The notes under the pieces: generated by a model
What the model saw: the letters and a program-made list of their open reading frames with translations, nothing else
Database searches by the model: none
Told to the model about the DNA's origin: nothing
Program-made: the position numbers and the translations under genes
Shown here: positions 14,673 to 29,560 of the stretch, piece after piece
Position numbering within the stretch: the first letter of the stretch is position 1
Layout of the letters: each line of letters begins with the position of its first letter
Assembly (NCBI GenBank): GCA_951406725.2
Contig: OX597818.1
Location: forward strand, 114,514,001-114,578,000
Source of the DNA: Octopus vulgaris
Taxonomy: Eukaryota
DNA: 64,000 nucleotides
Direction of reading: 5' to 3'

Positions 14673-16289
14673 AAGCTGTTAACATATTAAATGATCCGAC
14701 TGTCTATTCGTAAATACTTAGGTTAATTTGGTCTCAAACTTTCGAAGAAGGTCAGCAATTTCGGGGCGGGGCTAAGTCGGTTTAATTGACCCCATTGCTC
14801 AACTGGTACTTATTTCATTGAGTTTGAAAAACAAATCCCTGTTTAAGAACGACTTCAATTCAAACTATAACAGAAAAAAGCCCCTAATCCTATTAGAAAG
14901 GCACACGTTATAAATGAAGTAAAAGACAATTAAATAGTGTCATTGAAGAGGACACAGATGTGCGACGAAAGATTTCCTCACTGTAGAAATGAGTTAAAAT
15001 AGGAACAGTAATAAATGAATGAAGAACAAATATATAGTGCGTGTGTTTATTTGGCAAAAAAAACCGACCGTCCCGTAATGCAACAATTAAATAGAATATC
15101 CTGAAAAACCCGAGATCAATATGCCTACAGTATTTTACTAAATATACACTGTCAGCGTAGCTGGGCGAAAATTTTGGGTGGCTCGCTCCTGGGCCATATG
15201 ACCGTCTTGTATATCACTGGTCTGTGTCGCTACAGAAATTTGAACTCATTTGTGTAATTACAGCGTGTTTTGTTTTCACGCCACTCTAACGATTCTGCCA
15301 ATCCGACGCCCTTAAAATATTCGAATAATATAACTCGTCAAGTAACAGTCTATTTTTGCATTACCTGCGCTACAATAATGTGACATACATAACACTCTTG
15401 TCAAGATTATTAAAGAAAGAGGTCAACCGAAATAGCATCATTAGACCAACAGTAAAACAAACAAACAAACAAAAAGAATAATTAATAAATCAAGGCAAAT
15501 GTATTTGTTGAATCTCAATGAAAAGACTAAGCAGTGATTTAGTTTTTTACTTTGAAAATAAGCACAAAGAAATATTGCATTGTTGGGTGAAAAAAAAAAC
15601 CTGAGGACATAAAAATGTCAAAAGCATGTAATTACGTCTTCTTTAGTGTTCTCATTCAACATGAGCTAACAAGAAAAGCAAGCGAGTCACACAGAACAAT
15701 ATGCGTTTGTACATACACGCAAGCGCACACATGACCACACACGCACACACACACACACACACAAATACACACACACACACACACACACACACTATGATGG
15801 CCAGGCTCTCATATTTACGCGCTCACACTCACACGTACACTCCCTCAAAGTGTTATGCACTCACACACACACACTCATATATATACACAGACGCACACAC
15901 ACATACACTTTCTCTCTCTCTCTTTCACGCACACTAAGATACCAAGCTCTCATATATTACGATCACACTCACACTCACACGTACACTCCCTCAAAGTGTT
16001 ATGTACTCACACACATACTCATAGACACACACACACACGCACAAATACACACACATACAGACATACACACATACACGCACACATACACATTTTTTCATCT
16101 ACTTACGTATTCGAGTATACATGTTTTATATTTGTGTTTGTTAACACACGAAGAGAACAATAGCCCAATAAATATTATTAAGATTACGTTTATGAAAAAT
16201 AAGTCGACGAATCACTTTGTTGATACTCAGAGTGTCAGGCTAATTATACTCAATCAGGACACATTGAAATAACTGAATGCATTGGTATG

Positions 16290-16830
16290 GCATCGATTGA
16301 TCAATTCCCATTGTTTAATAGCAATCAGATGCTACGCCAGAGTTCTTTCGTCACACTTCTGTGACCTCATCAGTAGTCCTTTGCTTTCTTCTTTCTTATT
16401 TGTGTGTCTCTCCTTACTAATGGTCAGCCGTTTGGGGTAATGTTCGCCTGAACCAACATGTAATAATGTTAACTCCAGCTGCTTCTTTAACATTTTCAGC
16501 TCCCTGAATAGCTATTTCTATGCGATTGGTTTCTTGGTGAAGTAGGGAGTTAGATATTGCTACCCTCCTTTGAATTTCTTGCCGTGATATAGGCTGTTAG
16601 ATTTTTGTAAAATAGAGAACTCCGATCAATCTACGGGTGTCATGGAGGATTGTGCACACTTTTGCAGATTAATCATGCAGATGAAGCGAGTTCTCCAAAG
16701 AACTAATCTTTTGGGGCGATAGATATTTAGTTCTTCAGACTTCCTGTGTAGCCATAACGTTGGCAGTTTTAGGACTTGAAGATTCTTGCCGCGTGTTGTC
16801 CATAATATTGTTTCCACTATAGGTACGGGC
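16290..16830 (-). mobile_element. Penelope-like 3' relic with hammerhead core
   Basis: Hammerhead core at 16346-16373. AATAATGTTAACTCCAG(C/T)TG is shared with a second relic near 18757-18787. Coding remnants are weak. Confidence 0.55.
16335..16385 (-). ncRNA. Hammerhead ribozyme motif
   Basis: CUGAUGA-G-GUCAC(agaagu)GUGAC-GAAA: both conserved boxes with a perfect 5-bp stem II. Confidence 0.6.
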
Positions 16831-17385
16831 TTCAAAGATTTCGGTGAGAGGGTGCTAGTCGGTTACATAGACTCCAGTGTCCAACTGGCGCTTATTTTAT
16901 TGAACCTGAAAGAATGAAGGGCAAAGATAACCTCGGCAGATTTTGAACTCAGAACGTAAAGACGGACCAAAAGCTCTTAATCGTTTTATCCGGCGTGCAA
17001 ACGATTCTGTCTGCTTGCCGCCTTTATAAAGTTTATATTTATATTTTAGTGGAAGTGGCGAGCTGGCAGGACCGATAGCACGCTGGGTAAAATGCTTTCC
17101 AGAATTTCGTCCTTCTTTACGCTCCGAGTTGACATTTCACCGAGGGCAACTTTGCCTTCCATCCTTTCGGAGTCGATAAAAGAAGTAGCAATCAGCCTTG
17201 GGGCCAAAGTAGTGGTCTAGCCCCCACCCGCAAAATTTCAGGCCTTGTGCTTATAGTAGAAACGGAATATTTTTGCTTGATTGGGAAACGAATGTTCTTG
17301 GCTCTGTGTGTGATTTCATTCAATTCAAATAATGAATTAATAGAAACAAGATTTTTCATTTCCTCGGATTTGTTGTTGTATATGA

Positions 17386-17481
17386 GGCGGAAGTAGTTTC
17401 TCGTCTGCGCTAGTGCTGTTACAGCATGAGCGCAGACGAGAAACTACTTCCGCCCAGTTTTCAACTGGGCGGAAGTAGTTT
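17386..17481. repeat. Triple-arm GC-rich inverted repeat
   Basis: 26-bp arms at 17386-17411 and 17429-17454. A second hairpin has 19-bp arms at 17441-17459 and 17463-17481. Confidence 0.9.
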
Positions 17482-17710
17482 AATAATAGATTGGAAATAT
17501 TTTGTGGTCTCTAGTCAGCATATAAGATCGAGTACCAATTACTATCTGGTGCTTCTCTAAGTTATATGATTTATTTATTCTTTTACTCTTTTACTTGTAG
17601 TCTTTAGTAAGTTTTTATCATACTTTTATCATTAACTATCGACTTTAACTTCCTTTTCGAGTTGTTTATTTATATATGTATGTAATGACTCGCACACGTA
17701 CACATACATG

Positions 17711-17756
<46 letters not shown>

Positions 17757-17955
17757 CATATAAATATATGTATATATATGTGTGTGTGTGTGTGTAAATA
17801 TATACCTACATACAAACACACATATATATACATATATAAATACATGTATGCATAAATACATATATACATGCATATATATCTGTATATATATATATATGAG
17901 TGTGTGTGTGTGTTTATATGTATATATTATGTACATATTTATGTATTTGTGTTTG

Positions 17956-18038
<83 letters not shown>

Positions 18039-20174
18039 GTGGACACTTATACAGTGTCTTGTAACGTGTATGAAGAACCCCCTAATTTTGGGGGCATAAA
18101 ATTAGGAAAAAATGTTCCTCCCTCAACCCAAGAACATTACTGTAATGATGAAAAATTTATTTTCAATTGCTCTTTTTTCGCAGGAACAATTATTTTCATC
18201 TATATATGCGGAACTTCATTTTATTAATTTTTTCATTAATTTTATATTGCATTTATGTTTACAGTGCAATAGAGTACATATTATATACGTTTCACATTAT
18301 GTAACTAATTATGGATTAAAGTTTTGGGTTTTATATTTTTATAACCCGCGTAAATAAAAATAGAGCGAAGATGTTGATAGTAATGGTCCGTGAAAAAATT
18401 TATAATATCCGTTTGTAATTTCATTCCATGTTGTTCAGGATGTTGTCTAGGCAACGATGACAGACTTTAACGGAAAGTATATCGAAAAGATTACAAAATT
18501 TATAATAGTGGGAAGATTTTGTCTTTGGGGCGCTAGAACACTGTGCACTACGTTTGCAGTAACGTTCAATTTAACTAGCAGTTTAAACTAGATTACATTT
18601 CTTCTGTTCATCGTTCATTTCTGTTTGTGATGGGTGAGTCATTCTTCGTGTGAAATTCATTCTCACTTACACTCCTTTGAGCTATTGCATCATTCTGGAA
18701 GATAATTGATGATGTATATAATGACGTCTTCTGGATGTTTACAGGAGTAATGAGCCAACATTTAATAATGTTAACTCCAGTTGTTTCCCCACTCACATGC
18801 TTACTTCTCTCTAAAAGACCCGTATAGCCAGCATACAAATAGCATGGGAACGAATTATAAGGGACTCGCATCGTCTTCATTTATTTAGGTTAAAGGATGG
18901 ACAAAATTCGGCATTCTTGTCCCAATAAATGTGATCATTCAGGGACCAAGTTTCGGAATTGTCAATGAAGTTACTACATTTTTCAAAGGACCAAGCGTTA
19001 CAAGCTTTAATTGGTAAGTTCCCGATATTGGAATAGTCGGTGATATCTCTCATCCGAATCGATCTTATGGGAAAAGGAACAACCTAGATAGTTTATAGAG
19101 GACAAAAATATTCCAGGTTAATTTACACCATTTCGTAGTCGTTGTTTCCAACGAGCTAAGTAGGATAGTTGCGTATTTTTTTAAAGCTTAATACTTATTC
19201 CGTATATATCTTTTATCGAAGACCTATATTACGGGGGCGTAAACAAAAGAACACCGGCTGTCAATCAGTGGTGGGTGACAAACAAAACAGAAAGTCCCAG
19301 ACACATGTTTTAGTTTCTGTCTACGAAATCTATTTACATGGCTTTGGTCGATCCGGATCTACTGTAAGAAAACACTCGCCCACGCTACCGCACAGTGAAA
19401 CTGAACTCGAGACCACGCCGTTGAAAAGGAAGTTCTTAACCGCTGATCCATGCCTGCGCCTGATTAATCATCGACACGTTACATCCCTTGCCCTGCAATT
19501 TCTTTTCGTGATGGCTTACAAGTTCCACTCCAGCATAAAAATAAAGTAGGCGTTTGCATACTTGATGTAGTGAGCCAAACAAATTTAATTAATAAAAATT
19601 ATAGCCTTAGTGATGAGAACAATCGTTTCCTAAATGACTAAATCCGGTCAAACAAAGGCAGGGGTGAGTCAATCCCGAATACTTTTCATGTAGCTTTAAA
19701 ATTAATTTAATATGGAATGCAGTTGGCTGGTAAGCCTAGCCTTCTGCGTTGACAACTCCAGACACGTTTTCAGTCTACTTTACTACTGAAGAAGTAAAGG
19801 CAAAACAACAACAACAACAACAAAAAAAAACTAGATAAAAGTAGCTATACAATGATTGGCAGACATGTTGAATTTTTATAAGTCTTTGTTTGTCACACCA
19901 TACTGGCGTTGTTTGACGTCGAAGATCGATTACCAGCAGTTTTATACGTGGCATTGCTTACAGAGCTTAAGAACACAACATTGAATAAAAGAAATTTTAC
20001 TGCGAATTTGCTGACTTTGGTCCGCAATTTTCACACAGGCACACGAACACACACAAGCATACACATATACAGTGATTGCGTAAGTGTTTGTATATATTAT
20101 ATATAAAATACACGCATATTATATACGTATATATATGTATATATAAATATATGTATACATATACACGTACATAC

Positions 20175-20241
<67 letters not shown>

Positions 20242-20280
20242 TGTAGGTATATAGGTGTATATATATATATATATGTATAT

Positions 20281-20317
<37 letters not shown>

Positions 20318-20738
20318 AACATTTATATATGTATGTATATGTTTATATATATATATATATATATATATGGCTCAACAGCCCTTACCGTTTGTTTTAACTG
20401 TCCTGTTTTTGTTACCAACTTTCACCCTCCGCAAAAAATCCCAAACTTTACATAATTTGCTTTGCGGGATCGACTGTTTTGACGAAGACGCATCTTGCCA
20501 TAACGCTCGAAATGCGGAGTAGATAAAACAGTGGGAAACTGATGAAGGGATTGTTCTTTATGTTGCCTGTCTCGTTTTTCATGTTGTTTACGTTTTTTGA
20601 CGTCCTGTACCCACATATGCATGCGTATATACATATTTATGCAAGTATGTACATGTATGTATATATGGATATATATATATATTATTTATATGATATATAT
20701 ACGCATGTATGTATATATATATATATATACACACATAT

Positions 20739-20910
20739 TCATTCATTCGTGCCTTGTAGCACTTAAGGCGACAGCAAGATCATTCCACATTCTAACACTG
20801 AAAACGTCCTTGACAGCTTGTTCAATTGTTATCCTTCTGCTTTTAAGATATCTTTTTATTGTTCTCTGCCTCATATCCTCAGGTCGGTCACGTCTTTTTT
20901 TACCTATAGG
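20739..20910 (-). mobile_element. RTE-type LINE 3' end; a similar type of remnant at ~48280-48450
   Basis: PIGKKRRDRP...RTIKRYLK...WNDLAVALSATRHE* followed by (GAAT)n. Confidence 0.55.
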
Positions 20911-21245
20911 TGTATGTATATATTTATTATATGATACCTTAATACTGTGTGAACTAAGATCCCCTTTGACAGGCCGCTGGTATTTATAGAATGCTAAACA
21001 GTTTCGGTATGCAAATTAGGGACTCCTTCATAGAATAACTGCTGCATTTGCTGAGTATATTAACGGTTTGGCAGCTTCTTTCTCTGAAGAATGATGTAGA
21101 CGCCTCTGATGAGAACCCAATAATGTCCGAAAACCGATTAAAGTGGTTCATCATTCTTTTTTGGTTAAAATTTGCCCTGTTTATAATTATACCATATGCT
21201 ATATATACATACATACATACATACATACATACACACACACGCACT

Positions 21246-21276
<31 letters not shown>

Positions 21277-21476
21277 GCGTACATTCTTTTATTTGTTTCA
21301 ATCATTTGACTGTGGCCATGCTAGAGCACCGCTTTTAGTCGAGCTAGCGACCGTGCTTATTCTATCGGTTCCTTATGCCGCACCTTTATGTGACGGGGAC
21401 GTAAGCACACTAGCATCTGTTGTCAAGTGATGTTGGGGAGACAAACACAGACACACAAACATACATACACACGCGC

Positions 21477-21512
<36 letters not shown>

Positions 21513-22958
21513 GACGGGCTTCTTTCAGTTTCCGTCTAGCGAATCCACTCACAAGGCTTTGGTCGGCCTGTGACTATTGTAGTAGAAGACACTTTCCCAA
21601 GGTGCCACGCAGTGGGACTGAACCCAGAACCCTGTGGTTGGTAAGCAAGCTACTTACCACACAGCCACTCCTGTGCCTACATAGTAATTTCTGTTCCATA
21701 CTTAACGTGTGTACACCGTTAATAGTCATGATACTGCAGTTTCCGTCCAAGATATGATCTCTTACACACGTGATGTGTTAAAAACACAATATACATTGGA
21801 TGGGGACGAAAACGGGTAGAGAGAACGCCATATGCATTGCTGCCTGTTTAGGCCTTGTCAATAAGGCTTACTCACAGTCATATACTTCTACGAAATTTGT
21901 CACCTCCAATATGCTGGAAAATATGACTAATGCGTTCACTGATGTTGCGAATAGATGCCGGATTGAATAAAATCACAGTGTATGCAATTGAAGCAGCATC
22001 AAATTAAAATAGCCATCTACGTATCATTCTAAACGTATATACACCGTCGACAGAAGAATACTGAAGTTTTTATCCGAGATAAAATCTCTTGTAGTCATTG
22101 GTTTCAAATTTTGCCTCAAGGCCAGCAGTTTTAAAGGTGTAGGTCTATCACATCGACCAAAGTGTTCAACTGCTCCTTATTTTATTGACTCCGAAAGGAT
22201 GAAAGGCTATGTCAGCCCCGTCACGAATTGAACCCAGAATGTAAAAACGGAGAAAATGTTTCTAAGCCGTTTGCTCGGTGTGCTAACGATTTAACCAGTA
22301 AGCCGCCACAACAACACAGTACAGATCAGAGGAAATTGTGTGGGGTATTTGGCTCCTATTTCTAGGAAGTGGAATTAAAAATAGAAGCTCCCTCTTAGTG
22401 AAGGAGTGAATGTCAATGATGAATGAAATTTTCGTTAAGGCGACAAGTGTATTACTCCTGTCACTTGTGTATACATTGTGGGGCAACCAGTGAAGTCTGA
22501 AGAAGGAAAAGTATGAACATCACATAATCTCAAAGCTGTCTCCTTTAAGTTAAAGTCATGTCTTTAAATTCATTATCAAAATATTACCCTTTATAAGCTT
22601 CTCCATTATAAATGCCTGTATGTGTGTGTTGTGTAGAATAAGTTGGTGAACTAAATACGAGATGGATCAATAAGTAGATAGCGATAGATAAAGAGAAAGA
22701 GGGAGGAGGGAGAGAGAGAGGACTTGAAGGTAAGAGTGTGGGGAGTTTATTGGGGATTTCGTGAACCGATAGATGAAGTCACACAAGTCTCAGCTGGCAC
22801 ACGATCAGGCTACGGTTAAATTTAAACAACCATCTGCAGAAATGTAACAGGTGTTGTTATTGTGAATATCTAAAGAATATTCGATAATATGTGAGTGGAT
22901 GTTGAAACGATGGAAATTATAAATGCACACCCGTTCATATAGAAATGGATAGATGTAA

Positions 22959-23050
<92 letters not shown>

Positions 23051-23051
<1 letters not shown>

Positions 23052-24138
23052 AGATATAGCAAGGTACTAGCCGTAGATAGAAATAGAGTAGATGGTGAGT
23101 TAGTTAAGAAGTTAGAAGAGGCAATAAGAAGCGGCATCACATCCGACGTTTTAGAGGCGAGGTTGGCCCTTGACCAACACTTCAACGCCAAACACGAAGG
23201 GTGTGCTGTCAGGGCTAGGATGCGTGCTCTAAGGATGGAAGGTGTTGGAGCCGCGAGAGAGGCCCGGGTGGCGGAGGCACAGCAGAGCAACAAAGCCACC
23301 AGTCGGTAGATGAACAAGGGCGCGAATTGCTCGAGCCTAGCAAGATGTGCGAGACATTTCAGCGGCACTTTGCCCGACTGTACGGGACGAGTGGTGAGCG
23401 TGAACGCAGGGTGGACTTCAGTGCCTACCTGCACAGCCTACCACGACTCTCGGCAAGAGAGGCAGAGTGCTGCGAAGGTGCCATCACGGCGGCGGATGTG
23501 CGGGACGCGATGGCAGAATGCTTGAGAGACAAATAACCGGGTTTGGATGGTCTGCCCTACGAGTTTTACAATTGTATGCCAGACTTGTTTGGAGACGTCT
23601 TGGCAGCGGTATACTGCAACTGGCAGCAAAACGGGAGCATACCCGGTTTTGTGAGTCGAGGAGCCGTAACGCTGCTGAAGAAAGATCCAAACAAGGGGAA
23701 CATTATAGATAACATTAGACCAATCACTCTGCTCAATGCAGACCTGAAAACTTTGACAAAGGTGTTAGCCAAGAGGTTGACGCTTGTCATCGAGAAACTG
23801 GTCGACAACGCACAAACGTGCGCCGTGCCGGGCCGAAGCATACATGACAACCTCCATCTGATGCGCTACATCATAGACAGAGTAGTTAAGGAACCTGACA
23901 TGGGTGGGGCCCTGATCAACTTGGATCAATCGAAAGCCTTCGATAAGGTAGACCATCGATACTTGAAGGCAGTCCTGAGAGCGGCTGGTTTCGGTCCCGT
24001 CTTCCGCGGCTGGATAGCTGCCTTGTACAGAGGCATCCGTTCGGTAATTCGCGTAAATGGACATCTATCGAGACCTTTCGACATTGCACGTTCGGTCCGT
24101 CAGGGATGCCCCCTCTCGGCGCTTCTATACGTATTGAC

Positions 24139-24140
<2 letters not shown>
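23051..24140 (+). mobile_element. Tx1-like LINE internal fragment D (EN-RT linker plus N-terminal half of RT), truncated at both ends inside (TATC)n
   Basis: Frameshifted translation GCAVRARMR...PGLDGLPYEFY...NIRPITLLNADLK...[12 protein letters not shown]...[14 protein letters not shown]. (TATC)n at 22959-23050 and 24141-24365. GC-rich like copies A-C. Same-family assignment is inferred because there is no overlap with A-C. Confidence 0.88.
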
Positions 24141-24230
<90 letters not shown>

Positions 24231-24263
24231 CCTGTCTGTCTGTCTGTCTGTCTATCTATTTAT

Positions 24264-24363
<100 letters not shown>

Positions 24364-24786
24364 TTATATATATATGTATGTATACATGTATGTATATAAT
24401 TACACACAAATATGTGTTTGTGTATGTATTGCGAATATTACGTGTATGCGTGTATACGCACTCGTTAGATTGGTTCACAAATTTTCAAACTTAAGCGAAC
24501 ATTGATAGCCATCGTTTCTGAATTCATTTTAGTCGATTTTTGAACTACCATCCAATTTACATTTACCTACTTTTTTATTTCCTTGCTCAACAACTCAATA
24601 AAATGCTTTTTACATTCTTTTACAACCCTGGAATGTTCTTCTTCTTCACGTCAAACCAAATTATTTCAGTTTTCAAGTGTTTGCTACTTATATTCTGATA
24701 ACCAACATTAATAGTTTTGTTCTCATCCTACTGTTTTCCGCTTTTCGTCTTTTCCTCGCTGAAGCAATTTCGCAGCGGCTACGTCT

Positions 24787-25000
24787 GGGCTATGCCTGGG
24801 CTATGCTGGGGCTATGCTGGGGTTATGCTGAGGCTATGCCAGGGCTATGTCTGGGCTATGCCAGGGCTCTGCCGGGGCTATGCTGGGGTTATGCTGAGAC
24901 TATGCCAGGGCTATGTCTGGGCTATGCCAGGGCTCTGCCGGGGCTATGCTGGGGTTATGCCGAGGCTATGCTAGGGCTATGTCTAGGCTCTGCTGAGGCT
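24787..25000. repeat. GC-rich 10-bp minisatellite (GGGCTATGCY) with 60-bp higher-order period
   Basis: About 21 units; the block 24808-24867 repeats at 24874-24933 region with the same variant order. Confidence 0.88.
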
Positions 25001-25164
25001 CTCTCTACCTTTTAGGTTTAGTCAAACAAATCTGCTCCACAATTTATTTTCAGTGTGAAACTTTATCAAAATCTTTTGTTGAGCTCCTCCTTTATATGAC
25101 GTAATGAATCAACACTGGTGTTATGAAGTGGTTTGGGGAGAATCACAAACAGAAACATACACAA

Positions 25165-25246
<82 letters not shown>

Positions 25247-25647
25247 ATACTCGCACAGACACTTACATAAGATTGGTGGGTCCATATATATATATATATA
25301 TATAAATATACATCAACCATCCCACGGATTGGATGATCCAAAATGCCGCACAGGAGGACGGAAATCGTAGGTATATGATTGCAAAGCAAACTTTTAAATC
25401 ACATAACCATGCATTCAAGTCCTTATCTTTTATCTTGTCTCAGTCATTAGACTGTGGCCATGCTGGGGCACTGCATCTGCATATTTAATATCATTATGTA
25501 CACACACGCACACACGTGTGTGCATGTGTATCTTTGTGTCTGTGTTTGTTGCCTACTACTCTTTGACAACAAGTATTGGTGTATATACGTCCCCGTTACC
25601 TAGCACTTCGGCAAAAGAGACCGAAAGAATAAGTACCAGGCGTTACA

Positions 25648-25712
<65 letters not shown>

Positions 25713-25722
25713 TAATAATAAA

Positions 25723-26035
25723 TATGAGAGGTAAAGAAAAAATAGCAATGTACCAGGACCTAGCTATTGAATTACAGAGACTATGGAAAGTGCGGGTAAA
25801 AGATATCCCAGTAGTCATAAGTGCATTGGGAACTATCCCTAAATATCTGAAGGGGTGGATTGAGGAAATAAGCTTAAAACCCAGTTTAGTACGGCTCCAG
25901 AAAACAGTGTTAATAGGGACAGCTAGAATGCTTAGGAGCATTCTTGGTATCTAAGGTCATGTGTTGTAACCCGATCTTAGGATTTCTTTTCTTTTCCAAT
26001 GGTCTAATCTGTTGTGCGTATATGATAATAATAAA
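25723..26035 (+). mobile_element. R4/Dong-clade (RLE) non-LTR 3' end in (TAA)n
   Basis: EKIAMYQDLAIELQRLWKV...PVVISALGTIPK...LQKTVLIGTARMLR is the typical RLE C-terminus. (TAA)n at 25648-25722 and a short ATAATAATAA after the 3' UTR. Confidence 0.8.
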
Positions 26036-27391
26036 TATAAAATAATTAAAGTGGTCCATTCGTGGGACTAAAATTCTTCAAGGTGGTTCCCGAGCAAGGC
26101 TGCAGTCTAATGACTAAGACGAGTAGAAGAAATGATAAAAAATTGCGTATATGGGCATGTTTGTCAGTGTTAGTATATCTATATTTTCGCTCGGTAATTA
26201 ATATTGCTTGGCCCTACAATGGACTTCATCAAGCGAAACTAAGTCCAATGTTATTCAAGCTATAACCATTTCACAATGGTTAGAACTGCGTTATCCTATG
26301 TATTTCTCTAGAAATAGGGTAGACTGCGATTCGATGGCTTGCAGACATTTTCGTTACTAGATACAGAAGGTTTTGTAACCAAGTAGACAGATACTTTAGA
26401 TCCGATGTTGCTGTTTAACCCTAAGTGGGCCCGAATTGAGCAGAAATATGAACGATTCCAGACGAGAAACCTTCGTTTAGAAGAGAATCACGTATTGAAA
26501 ATAAAAATATTGTACTTGCTCCAACCCGAATTTAGCAGAAATATGAACGATTTCAGATGGGAAAACTTCCTTTAGGAGAGAATCACATCTTTAAAATAAT
26601 AGTACCGAACTTGCTCCGCCATTGTCAAAGACATTTCTGTGCAAGATGAGTGACTTCACAGATTACTTATAGCATTACGAGAAACCAAAAGAGATTATTC
26701 ATGTTTCGAAAAGTGAGAAAAACTGTGGTGACAGTGCGTTCTTTGGTATTGCTTTATAAAAATATGTGCCCGTCTATATTAATTTTCGCAAAACAAGAAC
26801 AAAGGAATGAATGAGTGCATATAAATATACATAAAGTCATATTTGCTGTTAGAAATGTTGAAGCTAAGGTGACCTCAAGAAGGCGTCCGTTCAGCCATGA
26901 GTAACCAGTTGTTTAGAATACGAGGGAGCACATTGTCAACGTAGCTTCGTTTTCGTAAGATGTTAGAGTGGATTTAAAGAAAATTTCACTCTCATTTCTA
27001 GCAGTTCGACTGAACAGGTTCACGTTCTCTGGTTTTCTAACGTTATGCTAATTATGAAAGGTTTTGTTAGTTTGAGGCATAGAATATTAATCAATAATTT
27101 TTTTCCTTATATATGGAACTCTGTGTGGCTAAATTTAAAATATAAAGTAAACGCATATTCAAAACGTCTATCAATGATGCACGTAATGTAGGTCTTCTAA
27201 TACATGGAAACGGAAAAAAATATTTACGCAAAGGGCAAATGCAATTTCTAAATTTCAGACATGCAGTCATATTGATCCCTCTCGATAGCAATAATCTGTC
27301 TGTCTAGCTGTCTGTCCGAATGTTTCAATCTCCCTTTCTCTCTCTCTTCCATTCTCTGTTCACACACACATATTTAAATGTATATATATAA

Positions 27392-27471
<80 letters not shown>

Positions 27472-27496
27472 TTATATATATACATATATATGCGTG

Positions 27497-27545
<49 letters not shown>

Positions 27546-27821
27546 ATATACATATATACACACTAACATATATATATGCACCTATGTATATATATGTAGG
27601 CGGCGAGCTTGCAGAATAGTTCTGAATTCAAATTCCGCCGAGGTCGATTTTACATTTCATCCTTTCGGGGTCGATTAAATAAGTACCAGTTGCGCACTGG
27701 GGGCGCTGTAATCGATTTAAACCTTTTGTGTGTCCACTTTTGTCCCCTCTATGTTTAGCACCCTGTGGCCAATAAAGAAATATATATATATATATATGTA
27801 TATGTTTATGTATACATACAT

Positions 27822-27853
<32 letters not shown>

Positions 27854-27894
27854 ATATATGTATACATAAACATATACATAGATACATAGATACA

Positions 27895-27928
<34 letters not shown>

Positions 27929-28198
27929 AAACTATTTAATAATATAATGAAGATATAAAAATTTCTATATATAATTTTTGTGTATGCATGCATGCTTGTG
28001 TCTAAAATAAAGGTATTATATAAAATGCGACACGATATATTTAAGCGAATTATTTTGCATACATACCCGTATCCACCTACCTATGTATATTGTATATAGG
28101 TGTGTGTTTGCGTGTGTGTGCGTGTGCGTGCATGTATGTGCGTTTGTAACGTGGCAGAATGTCAAGTTGAAAGACACACACGCACACACGCACGCATA

Positions 28199-28240
<42 letters not shown>

Positions 28241-28245
28241 TATAC

Positions 28246-28292
<47 letters not shown>

Positions 28293-28350
28293 CATAGATG
28301 CATATATATATGTATATATGTATATATACATACATGCATTTATATATATA

Positions 28351-28401
<51 letters not shown>

Positions 28402-28690
28402 GTTGCTTTTGGTAAATCTTTGTACCATTGTGAATTATCGTATGTATGCATATATTTGTGAGTATGTGTGAGTATGTTAATGTGCGCTCGTGTGTCGATA
28501 TATACTTAAATGTGATACTATCGCCTTCTCTTTGCAATGTATATTTGAAGAAAATAACCTAATTCTTATAATACCCTGTTTACATTTGTATTTTTCACAC
28601 GCACAAAACCCGCATGCATATATGATAGAAAGGTAGCCAAATAGATGGATAGATAGATAGATAGACAGACAGACAGATAGATAGACAGAC

Positions 28691-28766
<76 letters not shown>

Positions 28767-28921
28767 GTACGGAAATATGTTCACATTTATATATATGCTA
28801 GTATATATACATGCACATGTATATATGTGTGTGTGTGTATGTATCTATCTATCCATATATATATAAAATATATCTATCTACCTATCTATCTATCAATATA
28901 TATATTATATATATGTATATA

Positions 28922-28985
<64 letters not shown>

Positions 28986-29409
28986 AAGAGGTCCACCACA
29001 TACATATCCATGCGCTTACATGCCTACACACGCACTTGTCCTGCCTTGCCTTACCTGTGAGTCAAGTGTTGTAAAGTTTTTCTCGTTTGGTCCTTACTTT
29101 TTTTTCCTCCTCTGCGGCTGTTGTCGTCTTAGACAATTCTGTGTGTTAAAGGAAGTCAAGTCTACTTATGACTAAGTTTAATACAACAGAACGCTAATAT
29201 AATGCTGCTCAGCGATTGGGTTAATTGTCAACGTCACTTTTAGACTTGTCACAACTTATATTCGATCAAATATTTTGATCTGGCTGTGCAAGCTATTGAA
29301 ATCGATTTAAAACTGTTTTTATCGACGCTCACAAACATACGCATACACATAAATACACGTAGATGAGAGTGTGTATGTGCGTGTGTGTCTGCGTGTATGC
29401 ACTTACATT

Positions 29410-29464
<55 letters not shown>

Positions 29465-29479
29465 ATATATATATGTATG

Positions 29480-29560
<81 letters not shown>

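Noticed and set aside
26430-26618. ~95-bp tandem duplication; similar small duplications at 15800-16020, 31975-32027 and 9515-9575
   Set aside because: Ordinary local duplications with no further structure.
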